Shown here: in pieces, positions 59,885 through 64,000 of the stretch | Layout: each line of letters starts with the position of its first letter | How positions within the stretch are numbered: the stretch's first letter is position 1 | NCBI GenBank assembly: GCA_965219445.1 | Contig: CBDCNQ010000005.1 | Span: 640,001-704,000, forward strand | Direction: 5' to 3' | Length of the DNA stretch: 64,000 bases | DNA from: Longimicrobiales bacterium | Lineage (GTDB): Bacteria > Gemmatimonadota > Gemmatimonadetes > Longimicrobiales > Gaopeijiaceae | The notes under the pieces: model-generated | Database searches by the model: none | Seen by the model: the letters and a program-made list of their open reading frames with translations, nothing else | Told to the model about the DNA's origin: nothing | Translations under genes and position numbers: made by a program

Positions 59885-60852
59885 AGAACGACCTCGCCGG
59901 CGGGTTGCTTGATCGGCTCGAGCCAGCCGTAGCGATCGGGGCGTTCACCGGTGGCGATCCCGAGGTATTCCTTCTGGAGCGTCTGTGTCACCGGGCCCAC
60001 TCCGCCGTTGCCGATCTCGATTCGATCGACGCTGCGCACCGGGGTGATCTCCGACGCGGTCCCTGTGAAGAACAGCTCGTCGGAGGTGTACAGCATCTCC
60101 CTGGGGATGGATTGCTCGCGCGACTGGATACCGAGGTTCGCCGCCAACTTCAGGACCGAGTCCCGCGTGATGCCATTCAAGAGCGTGCCGTCGACCGGTG
60201 GCGTGTAGAGAACGCCGGCGTCCACCAGGAAGAGGTTCTGGCCGCTCCCCTCGCTCACGAGTCCGTCGGGGCCGAGGCCGATCGCCTCGGCGTACCCGTT
60301 TTCCTCCGCCTCCAATCGCATGAGTTGGCTTATCACGTAGTTTCCACCGGCCTTGGCGAGCGTCGGTAGTGTGTTGGGTGCCGGTCGGCTCCAACTCGAG
60401 ACGCAGACGTCCACGCCCTGTTGGAGAGCCTCCGTCCCGAGGTATTGGCCCCAGGGCCACGTAACGATGTACGTCTCGACTGGGCTCTTTCCGGGATGAA
60501 GTCCCAACGCTCCCAGGCCCCGGACCGCCACCGGGCGAAGGTACCCCGCTTCCAAGCCGTTTCGACTCACGACCTCGCGGCATGCGTTGGCGAGCTGATC
60601 TATGCTCAGGCCGAGATCCATCCGGTAGATGCGCGCCGAATTCACGAAGCGCCGCATGTGGTCGGAGAGCCGAAACGCGGCCGGTCCCGCCGGCGTGCTG
60701 TAGAACCGGATCCCCTCGAAGACGGACGAACCGTAGTGTACCACGTGGCTCATCACGTGGAGTTGCGCATCGTCCCACGGGATGATCTCCCCGTCGCGCC
60801 AAATCCACTCCGTGCGTTCCGGAAGTGGGCTGGCCTGCCCCCGCTTGCTCAT
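59881..60852 (-). CDS. ilvE: Branched-chain amino acid aminotransferase
   Basis: [29 protein letters not shown]. Confidence 0.95.
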   Translation of the reverse strand: MSKRGQASPLPERTEWIWRDGEIIPWDDAQLHVMSHVVHYGSSVFEGIRFYSTPAGPAAFRLSDHMRRFVNSARIYRMDLGLSIDQLANACREVVSRNGLEAGYLRPVAVRGLGALGLHPGKSPVETYIVTWPWGQYLGTEALQQGVDVCVSSWSRPAPNTLPTLAKAGGNYVISQLMRLEAEENGYAEAIGLGPDGLVSEGSGQNLFLVDAGVLYTPPVDGTLLNGITRDSVLKLAANLGIQSREQSIPREMLYTSDELFFTGTASEITPVRSVDRIEIGNGGVGPVTQTLQKEYLGIATGERPDRYGWLEPIKQPAGEVVL

Positions 60853-61853
60853 AGCCAGGACATGCGCGCGCGAAGCGCGTCTCCCGTGGTTTCGAGAATG
60901 TGTTGACGCTCCTCACGCCGGCGGCGTTCAAAATGCGGCGCGCCGCAACGCGCTTCCTCGATCCACTTCTTGGCGAACGCGCCGGATTGGATTTCGTCGA
61001 GAACCTCGCGCATGGCGGTCCGGCTGGGCTCCCCGATCACCCGGCCACCGCTCTCGTAATCCCCCCACTCCGCCGTGTCGCTGATCTCGGCCCGCATTCC
61101 CGAAAGTCCCTTCGCGTACGCGAGATCAATGATCAGCTTCATCTCGTGCAGGCACTCGAAGTATGCGAGACGCGGATCGTACCCCGCGTCGACCAGCGTC
61201 TCGAATCCGGCTTTGACGAGTTCGCTGAGGCCACCACACAACACCGCCTGCTCGCCGAAGAGATCCGTCTCGGTTTCGGCACCGAATGTGGTCTGGAGAA
61301 CACCGGTGCGAGTCGAACCGAGACCGGCCGCATAGGCTAGTGCGAAATCGAGAGCCTTCCCGCTCGCGTCCTGATGCACCGCCACGAGCGCAGGTACCCC
61401 CTGACCGGCCACGTACTCCCTCCTCACCATCGCGCCGGGCGACTTGGGCGCGATCAGAATCGTGTCGACGCCCTCGGGTGGGGTGATCTCACCGTAATGG
61501 ATGTTGAATCCATGCGCGAACACGAGGATGTCCCCCTCAGACAGGTTGGGCTCGATGTCGGTGTGATAGACCGCCGCCTGCTTCGTATCCGGAATCAGGA
61601 TCGCTATGATGTCGGCCCACTTCGCGGCCTCGGCCACCGTCTTGACTTCAAAGCCCTGCTCGCGAGCCGCATCCGCGGACGGGCTTCCCTCGTAGAGTCC
61701 TACGACCACCGACACCCCACCGTCACGCAGGTTCAACGCGTGGGCGTGCCCCTGACTTCCAAATCCGATGATCGCCACCCGTCGGTCACTGAGAAGGGAG
61801 GGGTCCGCGTCAGACGCCTCGAAAAATCGGGCTTGCTCCGCCTGTTCACTCAT
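60849..61853 (-). CDS. ilvC: Ketol-acid reductoisomerase
   Basis: [30 protein letters not shown]. Confidence 0.96.
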   Translation of the reverse strand: MSEQAEQARFFEASDADPSLLSDRRVAIIGFGSQGHAHALNLRDGGVSVVVGLYEGSPSADAAREQGFEVKTVAEAAKWADIIAILIPDTKQAAVYHTDIEPNLSEGDILVFAHGFNIHYGEITPPEGVDTILIAPKSPGAMVRREYVAGQGVPALVAVHQDASGKALDFALAYAAGLGSTRTGVLQTTFGAETETDLFGEQAVLCGGLSELVKAGFETLVDAGYDPRLAYFECLHEMKLIIDLAYAKGLSGMRAEISDTAEWGDYESGGRVIGEPSRTAMREVLDEIQSGAFAKKWIEEARCGAPHFERRRREERQHILETTGDALRARMSWL

Positions 61854-61880
61854 GTCGCCATCCTTATTCCCACTTGGGGG

Positions 61881-61965
61881 TCAAAGTCAGTAACACCGTA
61901 AATGCCTGCTCGGGTAGTCAGCAATTTCTGTGATACCCATAGGGGTTTCAAAGTCAGTAATTCTG
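61881..61965. promoter_or_regulatory. Repeated motif upstream of ilvC
   Basis: TCAAAGTCAGTAA at 61881 and 61948; AGTCAGCAATT at 61916. Confidence 0.5.
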
Positions 61966-62019
61966 CAAGGCCGCGCAAACTCGGCACAAGAAAGAAACGG
62001 ACGCTAGTCGAAATCTCGA

Positions 62020-63600
62020 TCAAGGGACCCGAACGCGACTCTGTTCCCGCATGAACTGTTGGAGATAATGCGGTCCACCCGCCCCTGCCCCGGTGGAAGC
62101 GCTCCCCTTCCACCCGCCGAACGGGTTGACTCCCGGCCACGCACCCGCCGTCGCCCCCGCCCGACGGTTCGCGTAGATGGTTCCCGCCTCGATTCCGTCA
62201 AAAAACCCTTGGATTTCCGACTCGTCCTCGGAGAAGATACCGGCCGTCAGTCCATACTCTGTCCCGTTCGCGAGGTCCAGAGCCTGCTCGAGGCCATCGA
62301 CCTCGCCAATCACCGTGATCGGCAGGAAGAGTTCGGTATGGAACAACTCGTGATCGAACGGAAGGCCGTCGATCAGGGTCGGCTCCACATAGAACCCGTG
62401 GTCGAAGAGGCCTCCGGACAGACGCTCGCCTCCGGTCAGGACACGTCCACCGTCCTCCACGGCCTGAGCCACAGCCGCACGATAGCGCTCATAGGCGGCT
62501 TCGCTGATCACCGGTCCGAGCCACACATCCTTCTCCAACGGATTGCCGATGTGGACGTTCAGCGTCTTCTCGACGAGCGCCTCCGTGAACGCCTTGCGGA
62601 CGGGACCCTCAACATACACGCGCGAGCACGCGGAGCACTTCTGTCCTTGCAGACCAAAAGCGGACGCTTTGACACCATCCGTAGCCTTATCGAGATCGGC
62701 CGACCGCATGACGAGCGCCGGGTTCTTTCCACCCATCTCCGCCATGAAGGGCCGGGGCAGAGCGCGTTTCGCGTCCTCGCCCATGAGTTGCATCCCGACC
62801 TGGTAGGAACCCGTGAACACCACCCCGTCTATTCCGGGGCCCAACACCAGCTCGCGGGATACGGTTTCGTTCCCACCCGTCACAAAATTGAACGCCCCCG
62901 GAGGTAGATCGCACCCCAGGATGATTTCGGCAAAGCGCGCCACAGCGAGTGGGGTGATGGGCGACGGCTTGGCTACGACCGTGTTGCCAGTGATCAGCGC
63001 GGCAGCCACGGGGCCGGCGGTCAACGCCATGGGAAAGTTGAACGGGGAAAGCACCGCCCAAACACCGTAGGGGCGGAGCACACTGACATTCATCTGACCG
63101 GCGCTCGACCCTTCCATGGGAGTGATGAAACCGTCATGCTCCTCCATGCGGTCACAGTAGTAGTCGACGAAGTCCGAACACTCCTCGACCTCTCCCACGC
63201 ACTCCAGCCGATTCTTCCCGACCTCGTATCCCAGAATGGCGGATAGCTCCCAACGGTGCTCCCGGATGGCCTCGGCGACACCGCGCATGCGAGCCACACG
63301 TTCCTCCCAGGGAAGGAGACTCCAGTCGAGAAGCGCCCCTCGTGCCGCGGCGACGGCGTCTTGCACATTCTTTTCCGTACCGCTCTGGAAGCGGCCCAGG
63401 ATGATCCGATCGTCTATCGGACTCAGGTCTTCGAACTGTTCATCGGCCGCCACGCGATCTCCGCCAATGATCATGGGATGTTCCGCTCCGAAGGACTCGG
63501 GGGAGCGTTCGATCGCTGCGTCGAGCGCCGCGTGGACTTCGTCGAGCCCCTCTCCGCTCAGAGTCGCATACGTAATTTTCGTAGCGGTCGTCTGGCCCAT
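62020..63600 (-). CDS. Aldehyde dehydrogenase, P5C-dehydrogenase (RocA/PutA-C)-like
   Basis: PFNFP, FTGS, AEMGGKN, GQKCSACSR, GA.PG..PFGG.K.S, GGPHYL.QF. Confidence 0.88.
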   Translation of the reverse strand: MGQTTATKITYATLSGEGLDEVHAALDAAIERSPESFGAEHPMIIGGDRVAADEQFEDLSPIDDRIILGRFQSGTEKNVQDAVAAARGALLDWSLLPWEERVARMRGVAEAIREHRWELSAILGYEVGKNRLECVGEVEECSDFVDYYCDRMEEHDGFITPMEGSSAGQMNVSVLRPYGVWAVLSPFNFPMALTAGPVAAALITGNTVVAKPSPITPLAVARFAEIILGCDLPPGAFNFVTGGNETVSRELVLGPGIDGVVFTGSYQVGMQLMGEDAKRALPRPFMAEMGGKNPALVMRSADLDKATDGVKASAFGLQGQKCSACSRVYVEGPVRKAFTEALVEKTLNVHIGNPLEKDVWLGPVISEAAYERYRAAVAQAVEDGGRVLTGGERLSGGLFDHGFYVEPTLIDGLPFDHELFHTELFLPITVIGEVDGLEQALDLANGTEYGLTAGIFSEDESEIQGFFDGIEAGTIYANRRAGATAGAWPGVNPFGGWKGSASTGAGAGGPHYLQQFMREQSRVRVP

Positions 63601-63939
63601 GATCGTTCTCTCCACCACAAGTCGCGTCCGAATATCATTGAATTTCGAAGATCCGGACTCCGAAGGGAACTGAGGGGTGATCGCGAGTGTGTACTCGACT
63701 CCGAGGCAAGCCCCCGAGAGCCCTCGATCGGGGCTATATTCCTCGTGCCTGAACACGACTGGCGTTTCCGGAATCTGGGGCCGCGGCATCCGCAACGCGG
63801 CCCACTGAGCTTCTTCAACAGCCTTCTAAAGGAGATTTACATGGCGTCAGGTACCACCTCCCTACCCGTCCGCGTCTCTTTCGGGCAAACCGCGTGAAGA
63901 AGCTCGTGGAGCTCGTTCCCGGGCGAGGGAAGGAATGAG

Positions 63940-64000
63940 CTACTTGACGTGTTGTAGGTCGAAGGCACCAGCAGCGGCTATCCCCCCGAGGACGGGGCCG
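63940..64000 (-). CDS. 3' end of a possible MIP/aquaporin-like membrane protein
   Basis: Only GPVLGGIAAAGAFDLQHVK* is visible. Confidence 0.3.
   Translation of the reverse strand, partial: GPVLGGIAAAGAFDLQHVK

Overview
GC-rich bacterial window; gene style suggests a Gemmatimonadota-like genome, which is inference only. 1-4.8 kb holds the start of a type I-B (MYXAN subtype) cas operon (cas6-cas3-cas8-cas7, minus strand); no CRISPR array is in the window. About 4.9-17.7 kb is a decayed integrative/mobilisable island: higBA, a DUF429 nuclease, an orphan AbiEi, a P4-type integrase, two ColE1-like oriT motifs, IS3, a truncated mbeA/B/D mobilisation module and an IS256. The strongest finding is an IS110/IS1111-type element inserted at a shared AAGG core inside the left inverted repeat of that IS256. 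Its 3' non-coding end folds into a bridge/seek-type RNA whose loops carry exact matches to the IS256 end and to the left arm of its own circle junction. 17.8-64 kb is core-like: a structured-RNA/sORF candidate, greA, a sigma54/NifA-like ammonium-uptake cluster with a paired operator motif, lat, a rhodanese-TsuAB sulfur cluster, purE, tyrS, menFDBAE, a relBE-like pair, a UGA-recoded ArsC-like selenoprotein missed by the ORF track, ychF, leuABCD with a leader-peptide attenuator, ilvCED and a P5C dehydrogenase-like gene. All calls come from reading the sequence; no database searches were run.
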